Source of the DNA: Octopus vulgaris
Taxonomy: Eukaryota
Assembly: GCA_951406725.2 (NCBI GenBank)
Contig: OX597815.1
Location: 29,946,001 to 30,010,000, forward strand
DNA: 64,000 nucleotides
Direction: 5' to 3'
The position numbers and the translations under genes are program-made. The notes under the pieces were generated by a model that was given only the letters and a program-made list of their open reading frames with translations, was not told the origin of the DNA and did no database searches. Of this stretch, positions 12,418 to 23,631 are shown piece by piece; within the stretch, counting starts at the first letter, position 1, and each line of letters begins with the position of its first letter.

Positions 12418-14971
12418 AAAAGGCGAGGTCCCTCCTGAACCTCATCAACACCCTGTACATGGAGCAAGTAATACTCCAACCAACCAGGGCAGGTAACACA
12501 CTGGATCTCTGCTTCACAAATAATATGGATCTCATCCATAATGTGTAAGTGACACCGACACTACTCTCGGATCACAACATGGTAGAGCTGACCATGTACG
12601 GGCCAAAAGAGAGCACGGACATGCAGCCTACAAGAAACCCTCAGAATCTTTCCAGCTTGAACTTCAATAAAGCAAACTGGAAACAAATTGAGAAAGAGAT
12701 CCTCAAACAAAACTGGCCTGAATGTCTCTCCTCGCCGGACATCGACATGATACTTCAACAATTCATGTCTGTAATGCAAGCCATATGCTACAAATGTGTC
12801 CCAGAGAGAAAGGCCACTGTACACAAGAACAAAATCCCCAGAGAGAGGAAAATTTTAATGAGACGGCGTACAAAAATTTCAAATCGCCTAAACAAACAAA
12901 TTGAAAGCAGTGAAAAGTCCCGCCTGAAAATAAAACTGTTGGAAATTGAAAATTGTCTGCAACTCTCCCATGAGAAGGAAAGAGCAGACAAAGAAGCCTG
13001 GGCTATAGACAACATAAAAACTAACCCCAGAGCTTTCTACAGGTATGCCAAAGAAACAGCTACGGTGCACTGTAGGATAGGGCCACTCCTTGAAAAGGAT
13101 GGCACACTCACAGGAAAACCAATGAGGGTAAGTGAAATACTGAATGAACAATTCAAGAGTGTTTTCACTCCACCCCTTGGGCATTTCCAAATCAGCAATC
13201 CAACTGACTTCTTTACCACTGCAGATATAGAATCAGAGGCGGCGACGATAAATTACATCGATATAAAGGAAGACGATGTAATAAAGGCTATAGATGAAAT
13301 GAAAACAGACTCAGCTATTGGCCCCGATGGATTCCCGGCAATCCTCCTAAAAGTATGTAAGAGAGTCCTAGCAAGACCACTGCAGTTCCTCTTTCAGAGC
13401 TTCCTTGCAGCTGGCAAACTTCCAAGAAAACTGAAGGAAGGTAAAATATGCCCTATTCATAAAGGAGGTAGCAGAGCGGAGGCCAAGAACTACAGACCTA
13501 TCTCTCTCACCTCACACATCAGCAAGGTCATGGAACGAATAGTCAGAAGGAAACTAATCACCTTCCTTGAAGAAAATGACTTGCTGCCTGACACCCAACA
13601 TGGTTTCCGACCAGGAAGAAGCTGCTTAACTCAGCTCCTGCAGCACTATGACTGGGTGCTGAAACAACTGCTCAACCACTCTAATGTGGAAGTCATATAT
13701 CTCGACTTCGCAAAGGCCTTCGATAAAGTCGATCATGGAATAATATGTCACAAACTGCGTGATCTTGGCATAGTTGGAAAACTAGGAGAATGGCTTCATG
13801 ACTTTCTGAAGAATAGAAGTCAGGTGGTAGCAGCCAATGGGGCCACTTCCATTAGCACGCAAATAGTGAGCGGTGTCCCGCAGGGCACTGTTTTGGGACC
13901 ACTACTGTTCATAATGGCCCTCTCAGACATGCCCTCAGCCACGCAGAGAGCCACGATCACAAGTTATGCAGATGATACAAAAGTTTCACAGGCAATACAG
14001 AACCCTGAAGACACTAAGCACCTGCAATGTGAGCTGAACGAAATATACAAGTGGGCTGAAAAGAATAGCATGCAGTTCAATGCTGAAAAGTGTCAAGCTT
14101 TATACTATCAGCATGCAAAACTGAATGCAATACCCAATGAATACACTGGACCCGGAGGGATTGCAATCCCAGAGGCACAATCAGTGCGTGACCTGGGTAT
14201 TCACATGAGTGATGACGCGACCTTTCATGTACATGTTGCTAAACTGACAATGAAATGTAGACGGCTGGCTGGATGGATTCTTAGAACCTTTAGAACAAGA
14301 GAACAAGAAACCATGATGGTCCTCTGGAAGACACTTGTCCTAAGCCACTTTGACTATTGCTCTCAGCTATGGTCACCATCCAGTGTCAAGTTGATCACAG
14401 AACTTGAGGCGATCCAACGAAGCTACACGAAGAAGATAGCCTCTGTGCAGCATATGAGCTACTGGGAGAGACTCAAGAGATTAAAGCTCTATTCCCTGGA
14501 GCGTAGGCGAGAAAGATATGCCATAATATATATCTGGAAGATCCTGGAAGGTCTTGTCCCAGACTTTGGCATCGAGAGTCACACAAATGCCAGAACCGGA
14601 CGCCACTGCGTAGTACCAAGGACTCCAAATTTGCCATCAAGATGTAGGACAAGATATTGTGATAGCCTGGGCTTCAGAGGCCCACGGCTCTTCAATATCC
14701 TCCCGAAGAACCTGAGGGACCTGCATGGTGTAGATGCGGATGTCTTTAAAGTAGGACTGGATCTCTTCCTGTCAGGTGTCCCGGATGAACCAACTTCACG
14801 GCAGGAGGCGCAGATGAGGGCAGCTGCATCGAACTCTCTCATGCATCAGATGGCGTTTGCTAAAAAGCATCCGTGAGGTAAAACCGTGTAGCAAACCAAA
14901 TGGCGGTGCCCCAGCATGGCCACAGCTCATTAGCTGAAACTGAAAAATCAAAATCAAATCATCAAAATCAT
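12418..14971 (+). mobile_element. 5'-truncated CR1/L2-group (Jockey-type RT) LINE
   Basis: APE C-terminus (PTRAGNTLDLCFTN...SDH), complete RT, 3' stem-loop at 14902-14940 and a short AAATC-type tandem tail. Confidence 0.95.
12549..14876 (+). CDS. LINE ORF2 (end of APE plus intact reverse transcriptase), 775 aa; in frame with upstream APE sequence across a TAA at 12546-12548
   Basis: Motifs NYRPISLTS, QHGFRPGRSC, YLDFAKAFDKVDH, SGVPQGTVLGPLLF, YADD, RDLG. Confidence 0.92.
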   Translation: MTPTLLSDHNMVELTMYGPKESTDMQPTRNPQNLSSLNFNKANWKQIEKEILKQNWPECLSSPDIDMILQQFMSVMQAICYKCVPERKATVHKNKIPRERKILMRRRTKISNRLNKQIESSEKSRLKIKLLEIENCLQLSHEKERADKEAWAIDNIKTNPRAFYRYAKETATVHCRIGPLLEKDGTLTGKPMRVSEILNEQFKSVFTPPLGHFQISNPTDFFTTADIESEAATINYIDIKEDDVIKAIDEMKTDSAIGPDGFPAILLKVCKRVLARPLQFLFQSFLAAGKLPRKLKEGKICPIHKGGSRAEAKNYRPISLTSHISKVMERIVRRKLITFLEENDLLPDTQHGFRPGRSCLTQLLQHYDWVLKQLLNHSNVEVIYLDFAKAFDKVDHGIICHKLRDLGIVGKLGEWLHDFLKNRSQVVAANGATSISTQIVSGVPQGTVLGPLLFIMALSDMPSATQRATITSYADDTKVSQAIQNPEDTKHLQCELNEIYKWAEKNSMQFNAEKCQALYYQHAKLNAIPNEYTGPGGIAIPEAQSVRDLGIHMSDDATFHVHVAKLTMKCRRLAGWILRTFRTREQETMMVLWKTLVLSHFDYCSQLWSPSSVKLITELEAIQRSYTKKIASVQHMSYWERLKRLKLYSLERRRERYAIIYIWKILEGLVPDFGIESHTNARTGRHCVVPRTPNLPSRCRTRYCDSLGFRGPRLFNILPKNLRDLHGVDADVFKVGLDLFLSGVPDEPTSRQEAQMRAAASNSLMHQMAFAKKHP

Positions 14972-15139
14972 CTAATATAGGATAAAATTTTTCGAAAAAA
15001 AAATTTATCATTGGCCAGCATATTAAAAAATACATTTAAAGGTTAAATTTATAAACAACTTATAAAGAAGGGCTAAAGAAAAAAAAAATTCTAATGCCAA
15101 ATATGCCGAAACTAGACACAACGTCCATAACCATAAGTA

Positions 15140-15230
<91 letters not shown>

Positions 15231-15289
15231 TGTATGTATGTATGTATGTATGTATTTATGTATGTATGTTCGCTTTGGTCACGCTTCTA

Positions 15290-15780
15290 CTGTGCTCTTG
15301 ATACGAGTATTATCATTTATGCATTTTTGCTGAGTGATTTTGCTTGATTGGGTGACATATTTCTTTTCAACAAATGTAGCTTGCTGGCGTAGTTGTCTTG
15401 CTGAAAATATTTGAGAATGCTGGGGCTTTCTCATCCCAGTATTCTTTAAGTCTCTTCATGTAGCCTATCGAGGTACCTTCCCTAGCCTGGTATAGTTTTT
15501 AGTTCAGTTCGAAAGTCCACTGGAATTTTACTCGATAGTTTCGTGATCTGTGATAGATCTTTCATCGATATGGTGTATGTAGAATAATTTTCTATGTAGT
15601 ATGTATTTCACTGCTTGATTACTACTATTCTATTGTCAGGAAAAGGTGGTTTCTTTACATTTAATCAAAGAAAATAGACATTTCTTTTATTATGCTTGTA
15701 TTAATGGCAAAGTTTATTGGGGATAATATTCATTTCCCGGGAGAATGAATAATCGTCTTTGCCAACGTGTCTATATTCGA
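15290..15780 (-). mobile_element. R4/Dong-like LINE N-terminal ORF fragment
   Basis: Minus strand translates KLYQAREGTSIGYMKRLKEYWDEK...(frameshift) RQLRQQATFVEKK, resembling Dong/R4 N-termini. Confidence 0.5.
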
Positions 15781-15804
15781 CGCCTTGGTATATATATATA
15801 TTTT

Positions 15805-15835
<31 letters not shown>

Positions 15836-16539
15836 ATATGTATGTATGTAAGTATGTATCTATTTATGTACTGCAAATACAAGCCTCCATTCTTTACCTA
15901 CTTTCAAAAAAGTGTCTACGAATCTAACAATAAATTTAGGCACACACATATATGTCTGTCTGTGTGTGTTTGTGTACTTATGAATGTATTATATGTATGG
16001 TTGTGTGTGTGTGCGCGCGTGCGTGCCTGTGTGTATTTGCATTGACTTTGTTGACAACGGAGTGTGATAGGTTAGATAGGTCACACCCGAGAAATTCCTC
16101 TACCTTCTCCACTATGCTAAAATGGTGGAGATTTATATAAGTACGTGATCGATAAATGCGTTGAACTGAAATTGTTTTCAGCACAAATAATATTATTTGA
16201 TTTGTATAATTTGTTCTACAAATCATTAGTTTCCAGAATTAATTACTTTCCATAATCAGTAAAAAGTAGTTTGCCGTTTACTTTACGTTTTTAAGCTCAA
16301 TAAACATCGCATATTTAGGTCAGTGATGCTGGACTTCTGTGAACCAGATAGAAAAAAATTACAAACGATGCAGTCTTTATTGTATATGGTTCTTCAGCAG
16401 ACGATAAAAATATTTTTCTGTCTTTAGATTTCATTGCCTAAAACGGTTCTATTATTTTCTTATAAGTCGTACACATTCCTATTTTCAACTTATAGACACC
16501 CCGTCCTCTAGAGAAATGTGCAGCATCTACCTATCGCTA

Positions 16540-16588
<49 letters not shown>

Positions 16589-16669
16589 TTTGATGCTTTG
16601 ATAGGTTTCGGCCATTATTGGCCCAGGCCATGTCTAACTTAATAGCACCACCTGGTGAAGTCTTTCAAG

Positions 16670-19600
16670 TCAGAATTTGGGCACTATGGCCCACTCAAGT
16701 AGAGAGTTATTGTTTACAGAGACATATCCAGGTGTAGGGGGTTTATCCGGGATTTCTTGAAGGAATCTGTCCAAAGACTTCTTGAACCCTATAGGGTCAG
16801 TTTCTGTTTTAATGTGTTTTGGTGTAATGTTAAAGAAGCGGGGCCAATTGAGGTGAAATAATTGTGCCGTATTGCTGTTATGAGATGAGAGTGCGATTTT
16901 TGTTTTGGGCGGATGGCACGGGGCCCAAGCCTTGGATGTACCTTAAAGGTGATGCCAACATCATTTGGGCAATGCTGATGGAATATTTTCCACATCATGC
17001 AGATGATGTAGCGCTCACGACGACGTTGGAGAGAATAGAGTTTTAGCTTTTCTAGCCGACCCCAATAGTCGAGGCCTGTCATGCCATCTATCTTTTTTGT
17101 GATTGCCCTTTGAGGTGCTTCAACTTTTATGATACCTTGTATTGTGTGGGGAGACCACAGTGGACAACAGTATTCAAGGTGGAGTCGGGCAAAAGTGGAG
17201 AAGAGAAGGATAATGGTGTGGATATCTCTCGACTGGAAAGTTCTGAGAATCCAGGAACACATTCTGCGGGCCATGTCAACTTTGGTGTTTATATGAGTGG
17301 CCCAGCTTACGTTGTTGTCCACAATTACTCCCAAGTCTCTGATGTTGTTGGACGCCGCGAGAGTTTCACCTGAAGGAAGGGAGTATGGGAGTTTCAGGGC
17401 ATCCTCTTTTCCAAAGTGGATTAGCTCAAATTTATCCTCGTTCAGCAGCATATTGTTTTTTTCTGCCCATTGGATAACAGCCAGTAGATCTGACTGAAGG
17501 CATGTCCGGACACTCGCCTCATTTATGACCTTCTGTAGCTTGGAGTCATCTGCAAAGATTTTTATGTTGCTGTGCTTGATGATGTCATTAATGTCATTAA
17601 TGTAAATGATGAAAAGAAGTGGGCCCAGCACAGTGCCTTGCGGAACGCCACTACTGACTTTGGCTGGGCTTGATTTTACCCCTTCAACTACAACATGTTG
17701 AGATCTGTCTGTCAGGAAACACTTAATCCATTTCAGTAACTTTCCAGAGACACCAATGTTGGATAGTTTTTTCAAAAGGATCTTGTGATCGACCCTGTCG
17801 AAGGCCTTACTGAAATCAAGGTAGATGACATCGGTGTTGGAGCCCTCTCCCAAAGCTCTCAAAATGTCCTCAAAGTGATGCAGGAGCTGCGTTAGGCAGT
17901 CCCTTCCATTACGGAACCCATGTTGGTTGGAGATCAGCCGTCTGTTGCTTTCCAGAAATTGGGTTATTCGAGATCTCACCACTCTCTCAAATACCTTGAT
18001 GATATGAGAGGTGAGTGAGATCGGACGGTAATTCACTGCAAGGGACTTGTTTCCCTTTTTGAAAACTGGGACAACAGACTGGGACAGAAGGTTTTTTGGA
18101 ATATAGCCAGCATCCAGTGAGTTTCTCCACAGATTAGCAAGGGGAGATGCAAGTTGGTGTCGACACACCTTCAGGACACAAGCAGGGAACCTATCGGGGC
18201 CTACTGCTGAATTGTGTTTTATTTCGTTTATCGCCGCTAAGACATCAGGGGCACTAAACGTTATGTCCGATATAGTGTGTTGGGGGTTGACATCACTGAT
18301 ACAGCCCAGATCGGCCATATCAGGATTGCTGAAAACAGAGCAGTATTGTTTCTGCAGTATCTCGGCCATGGATTTGGCATTATCTTGGAGAGTGCCAGTT
18401 TCGTCAATTAGAGGGCCTACAGTGGAGACAGTGACCCTGCGTTTCCTCGCAAATGAAAAGAACACTTTGGGGTTGAGTTTGATTTTTTCAATGGCCCACT
18501 TCTCCTCAGCTGATCTTTGGTTATTGATGAGGGTCTTCATGCATTGTTGGAGGTTATATTTTTTGGATTCAAGCAGTGCGATAGCCGTTGAATGTGTGTG
18601 TTGCTGTTGGCAGTACTTTAGTTTGTTAATTTTTTTGTTTGTTCTTTTTATTTTTCTGATAATGGTTTTTCTGTTTTGGGGGATTCTGCACTTTTTGTTC
18701 ACAGGTCTTGGTGGGGAGTGTTTTGCACATATGTCTGTGACGGTGTCTACAAAGATCTGCCAAGATGTTTTATGGTTGGTGGAGATGTGTGTATGTGTAA
18801 AGGACCAGTCAACATTTGATAGCTCGTTCCTGATTGCATCCCAGTTGGCTTTATGGAGATCCATGTTGTCAAATGGGTGGGCTGGAGGAAGGTCACTAGG
18901 ATTAGCTTTCGGCTGGTGGAATTTCATGTTACAGAGAACCATGTCATGGTCTGAAAGAAGGGTTTTTTCCACTGTAACGTTATGTATAGTGTTAGTGTGG
19001 TTACTAAACACTAGGTCCAAAATGTTCTGATGTCTTGTTGGTGCAAGGACAAGTTGGGACAAGAAAAACTCATTCGTAAAGTCGAAAAGTGACTCTGCTG
19101 CTTCTTTGTCAGCGGTTGAGGCGGGAGTGCTTGGTTTCAAACAGTTTGTAGTCCAGTCAACACAGGGTAGATTGAAGTCTCCCATCATGAGTATGTTGCT
19201 AGAATGGCACTGTTGAATAAAGCACTTAATGCTGTTGAGGCATTCTTTAAAGCACAGTATGGGTGTTTGGGGCGGCCTATAGAGCCCAATTACTGTCAGG
19301 TCATTGGCTTTGTTGTGCACGGTGACTGATTCACAGTAGCCGTTGGAGAATATACTATTTCCATCTGCCGTAAATGAATCATGCAGGAAAATGGCAGTTC
19401 CACCCTTCCTCCTGCCGATACGATCCGTTAATGCTGAAGGCAAGACGTGTATACATATTTTGTTATTGTTGTTGTTGTTGTTGGTATTGCTGATGTTGTT
19501 AAATGTGTTGTTTATTATGCTAAATTTATCTATTGGACACATTTTCATTTTCTGTGATTCGTGTATTCCTAATTTTTTTTCCCATATTTTGTTTGGTTTA

Positions 19601-19859
19601 CATATATGTAAACTTCGGCTTCCAAGTGGGAGTTGTCAAGGTGGGTCTCAGTGAGAATGAAGAAAGGGATGTGGTGTGAATGGTTACCAACCCAGTCTTC
19701 AATGAATTGGACCTTCCATTTTTGTGCATTGATGGAAGGGCTGACACCTTGTGCATTGAGTAGGAATGTGGAGGTTAGTGTAGTGGCTGGTTTTGACTGT
19801 TGCAGGGGGCTTGGATTTTTTGTGTGTGTTAGTGGCAGCAATGTGGGGAATTGGTGCAC
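16670..19859 (-). pseudogene. LINE ORF2 (APE-RT), disrupted by a 184-bp insertion (19426-19609) and a frameshift near 16835
   Basis: APE motifs LNAQG, LTETHL, DR..RKGG, LYRPP, MGDFN, LDLVF, SDH. RT motifs YLDFSKAFD, SGVPQGTVLGP, FADD. The C-terminus continues in another frame (FNITPKHIK...LDRFLQEIPDKP...NSLLEW). Confidence 0.92.
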
Positions 19860-21055
19860 TGGGGTAATAGCATAGGATGGTGTTGAGTGATGGCTAGAAT
19901 GTTTTTGTGTATCTCTTTTGCCATGTTCAACATGGCTAAAGAATTTTCCTGCTTAGGGAGCAGTTTTTGGCTGGAGGTGTGGTTGCACTGTTGGATAGGG
20001 TTGTAGTTTCCACTTTTGTTGTTGTTGTTTTTGTGTCTTCCTGAAAAGACTGGACCAGCATTACTGCAGCATGGTGTGTTTCTATTTTTATTGTTATTCA
20101 GGTTTGTGTGTTGGCTTGAGGTCCCGTTTCTATTTGTGCGTCGGGTCCCTGGAAGATGAGTGAAGGGACAGTCACTCAGTAGACATGTTCTCTCACGTTG
20201 GGAATACCGGCAGATTTTGGGACTCCGAGTTGTGTGTGTTTTGAATTTCGATTTACTATTTGGTGGTGTTGATGTTATTGTGGGATGCGTGCTTTGGCCT
20301 TGGCCGGTAGTGCGTCTAGTGCCGGGTAGATGCGTGAAGATGCAGTCACTATTTGTGCAGAGTCTCTGGCGCAGTGAATAGCGGCATATTTGGGGATTTC
20401 TTGTTTGTGCCGTGGGGGGCGCATTCTGCTTCCTATGTTTCTTTAAGTTTTTGTTACTGCAGTAGTATTGAGGTGGTGATGTGGGGGAAGAGGGCAGTGG
20501 TTTCTTATTTGGTTTTCTGTCGGTATTTTTGGTGATAGAAGACGATGGTGGCAGCGGTGGTGATGATGACGATGATAATTGTGGTGGTTGCTGTGAGAGC
20601 GGTGAAAAGATACTGGCATTTAGTGAATCGTCTAGTAAGCTAGAGTTGAGGAGTGGCTGTTGTTGTTCTTGTTGCTGTGGCTGTTGTTGTTGTTGTTGTG
20701 CCTGACCGATGTCAGGGTCAGCCATTGTGCTGGGAACCAGGAGTGGCTCATTCTGTTGTTGTTGTTGTTGTGGCTGCTGATTTTCTAGCTGTTGTTGTTC
20801 TTGAACTGTGAAAATATGTAGAAGCTTTTCATAATGGCCTCTTATCAGTTTGAAAGATACTTCGATATGTTTCAACTTGCTACGAATCTGTTTGACGGAT
20901 CGTGTGTTGACCACTTGTGATGTTTTTTCGGCAATCTCATTCAAACACAAGACATTTAGATTTTCTGTTTGGGAAAGAGAGAGCCATGTGTTTATTAAAA
21001 CATCAATTTCGTTATCAGACCAATTTCGTCTGTTGCAGGCCTGCAAGTTAGTCAT
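19829..21055 (-). CDS. LINE ORF1, 408 aa: Myb/SANT-like N-terminus, poly-Q/S/P linker, two CCCH zinc fingers
   Basis: Position upstream of ORF2. RRNWSDNEIDVLINTW...RSVKQIRSKLKHI. Two C-x8-C-x4-C-x3-H motifs. Confidence 0.85.
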   Translation of the reverse strand: MTNLQACNRRNWSDNEIDVLINTWLSLSQTENLNVLCLNEIAEKTSQVVNTRSVKQIRSKLKHIEVSFKLIRGHYEKLLHIFTVQEQQQLENQQPQQQQQQNEPLLVPSTMADPDIGQAQQQQQQPQQQEQQQPLLNSSLLDDSLNASIFSPLSQQPPQLSSSSSPPLPPSSSITKNTDRKPNKKPLPSSPTSPPQYYCSNKNLKKHRKQNAPPTAQTRNPQICRYSLRQRLCTNSDCIFTHLPGTRRTTGQGQSTHPTITSTPPNSKSKFKTHTTRSPKICRYSQRERTCLLSDCPFTHLPGTRRTNRNGTSSQHTNLNNNKNRNTPCCSNAGPVFSGRHKNNNNKSGNYNPIQQCNHTSSQKLLPKQENSLAMLNMAKEIHKNILAITQHHPMLLPQCTNSPHCCH

Positions 21056-21387
21056 GTTTGTTTTTCTTTTGTTTGTTTTCCTTTTGATTTTTGAAAATAT
21101 ATATATTCTTTCTTGGGAGTTAAAGAAGTGTATATATATATAAATGTTCTCTCTTAAGGGTGTGAGTTTTTGATTATTTGGTTGTTTGAGGATATTAAAA
21201 GAAAAACAGTTGTATATAACAATTTGTAGTTAAATGAAAACGTACTTACGGGTTTGTAGGCAAACACGTGGTTACAAATATATATATATTTAAGGTCAGT
21301 TAGTTTTGAAGCTGTGTAGCTTGCTACTGACTTGGGAGAGAAACAAATAGACGTCCGTCCACTTCAACAGTTAATCAACAGTTAATC

Positions 21388-21432
<45 letters not shown>

Positions 21433-21437
<5 letters not shown>

Positions 21438-21705
21438 CAATTGAGGGTAAAATTAATTAATTATTAATCAATTTCACCAAGTGTTCAGTATGCAAAGGGA
21501 CCATTTAAGGCGAATTCAAATTATTACATTATATAAAAGGGCTTAGTAAAATAAATTACTTTGCCGCATACTGAACTCATTAGAAATAGCAGCTAAAAAA
21601 CTTTTTTAAAGCTATTTCTAATACTTAAAGAAAATCTCTCTCATATATAGTGTTTGCTTAATTCAACTCACAAAAGTTTGGGGGTAATGACATCAAAAAA
21701 TCAAA
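21433..21705. repeat. Diverged partial copy of the hammerhead-bearing repeat family at 41357-42342
   Basis: Shares TCAACAATTGAGGGTAAAATTAATTAATT...CCATTTAAGGCGAATTCAAA...GTTTGGGGGTAA. Confidence 0.9.
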
Positions 21706-21759
21706 TGCTAAGGTTATATATATATATGTATGTATATATGTATATATGTATATATGTAT

Positions 21760-21816
<57 letters not shown>

Positions 21817-21846
21817 TGTATGTATGCATGCATGCATGTATGTATG

Positions 21847-21884
<38 letters not shown>

Positions 21885-22190
21885 CATGCATGTACACACA
21901 CACACACACATATATGTAAACCAAACAAAATATGGGAAAAAAAAATTAGGAATACACGAATCACAGAAAATGAAAATGTGTCCAATAGATAAATTTAGCA
22001 TAATAAACAACACATTTAACAACATCAGCAATACCAACAACAACAACAACAATAACAAAATATGTATACACGTCTTGCCTTCAGCATTAACGTGTTACAC
22101 ACATACACACACACACACATGTATACAGGGTGCGGTGAATAAATTACGCAAAAATGTATTAACATCACATATTAATACATACATACATAC

Positions 22191-22232
<42 letters not shown>

Positions 22233-22647
22233 GCATATATACATACGTATATGTGCATACGTCTTTACGTAGATACATATGCATATGTGGGCACAGGACG
22301 TCACGAAACGTGTACAATAAAACATACGAAGCACGATTACATGGAACATGAATTAGTCTTTCGAACAACGAAGGTCACAAATAGAAAACAAAACAAACAA
22401 CATAAAGAACGACCCTTCATCAATTGTTGGCTGTTTTTCTAGTCTCGTATTTCGAGCATTTAACAATAGTATACGCTTTCCGCAAAGCAAATTAAATAAA
22501 ATTTGGGATTTTGCGGAGGGTCAAAATAGGTAACACAAACAGGACAGAGAAAACAAACAGGAAGGGTTGCTAAGCCTAAACGAGGTTGTGGTGGCGAACG
22601 CGCAAATCAAGCTAGGACAGGAGACAAACAAGAACACGTCTTCCATA

Positions 22648-22833
22648 TGCAGCACGGAGTTTTGTCAGTGAAAAGGTCGCGGTTTTAAAGTGACGGGAAT
22701 ATTTTGACAAATTCAATTGAAATGTTGAAGTGTGTTTTTAAATGGCTTATAAATACCTTACATGCTGCAATTGTTTTTGTTTCAACACACGATCTCAGAT
22801 CAGGTCACTTGCTATGCGAGTACATCTCCGTAA
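22648..22833. repeat. Interspersed non-coding repeat, second copy at ~41102-41304
   Basis: Shared ATGCAGCAC...TTTGTCAGTGAA...CACGATCTCAGATCA...TTGCTATGCGAGTACATCTCCGTAAT. Confidence 0.85.
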
Positions 22834-22882
22834 TATATTATTTATATTATTATTTAATTGAACGCCACGCATCCATTTCCAA

Positions 22883-22923
<41 letters not shown>

Positions 22924-23112
22924 TGTGTGTGTGTATGCGTATATGTATGTATATGTGTATGTTTGAATGTATGTGTGTATGTAAGGGATATATACCTGCG
23001 TATACAGGGCGATAATACATGCAGATGCACGTATATGTGGGTGCGCATGTGTGCATATACATACAGGTAAGAGTTGTATACGTGGATATTGATATGTATA
23101 AACATGTGTGTA

Positions 23113-23147
<35 letters not shown>

Positions 23148-23292
23148 GCTTTATTTAAAGCAGCAGAAAATTCAACAAAACCTGTTACTCTGAGTTTCCC
23201 GTTGCCGTTCATCGGACTGTTAAATAAAGCATATTACTCTACCACTGGTATTTGAGTACTCTTTTTTCCACCTTGTTTCACATTTATGTGTT

Positions 23293-23352
<60 letters not shown>

Positions 23353-23574
23353 AGAGTTACGAAAAAAACCCAAAAGACAAAGACAGGGTGTACAAAACAA
23401 ACAGATGTATTAGTATAACGCTCAGGAATAGAAAAAGTCTTTTAGCTTCGAGCCTACGCTCTTCTAGAGAAAGGGACACAGTATTTCAAGTATTTACCTT
23501 TGTATATACACATGCATGTATGTGCGTGTGTGTGTGTGTGTGCGGGTATTTCTATCAATGCGTACACATACATA

Positions 23575-23631
<57 letters not shown>

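Larger units (their letters stand above)
16588..21387 (-). mobile_element. Near full-length CR1/L2-group LINE (5'UTR, ORF1, ORF2, 3' stem-loop, (ATCAAAG)2-like tail) inserted in (TA)n
   Basis: Two overlapping ORFs. TA arrays on both flanks. Duplicated CAACAGTTAAT at the 5' end. Confidence 0.95.

Noticed and set aside
18212-19030. 272-aa plus-strand ORF
   Set aside because: Antisense shadow of LINE ORF2 with no recognisable domain.
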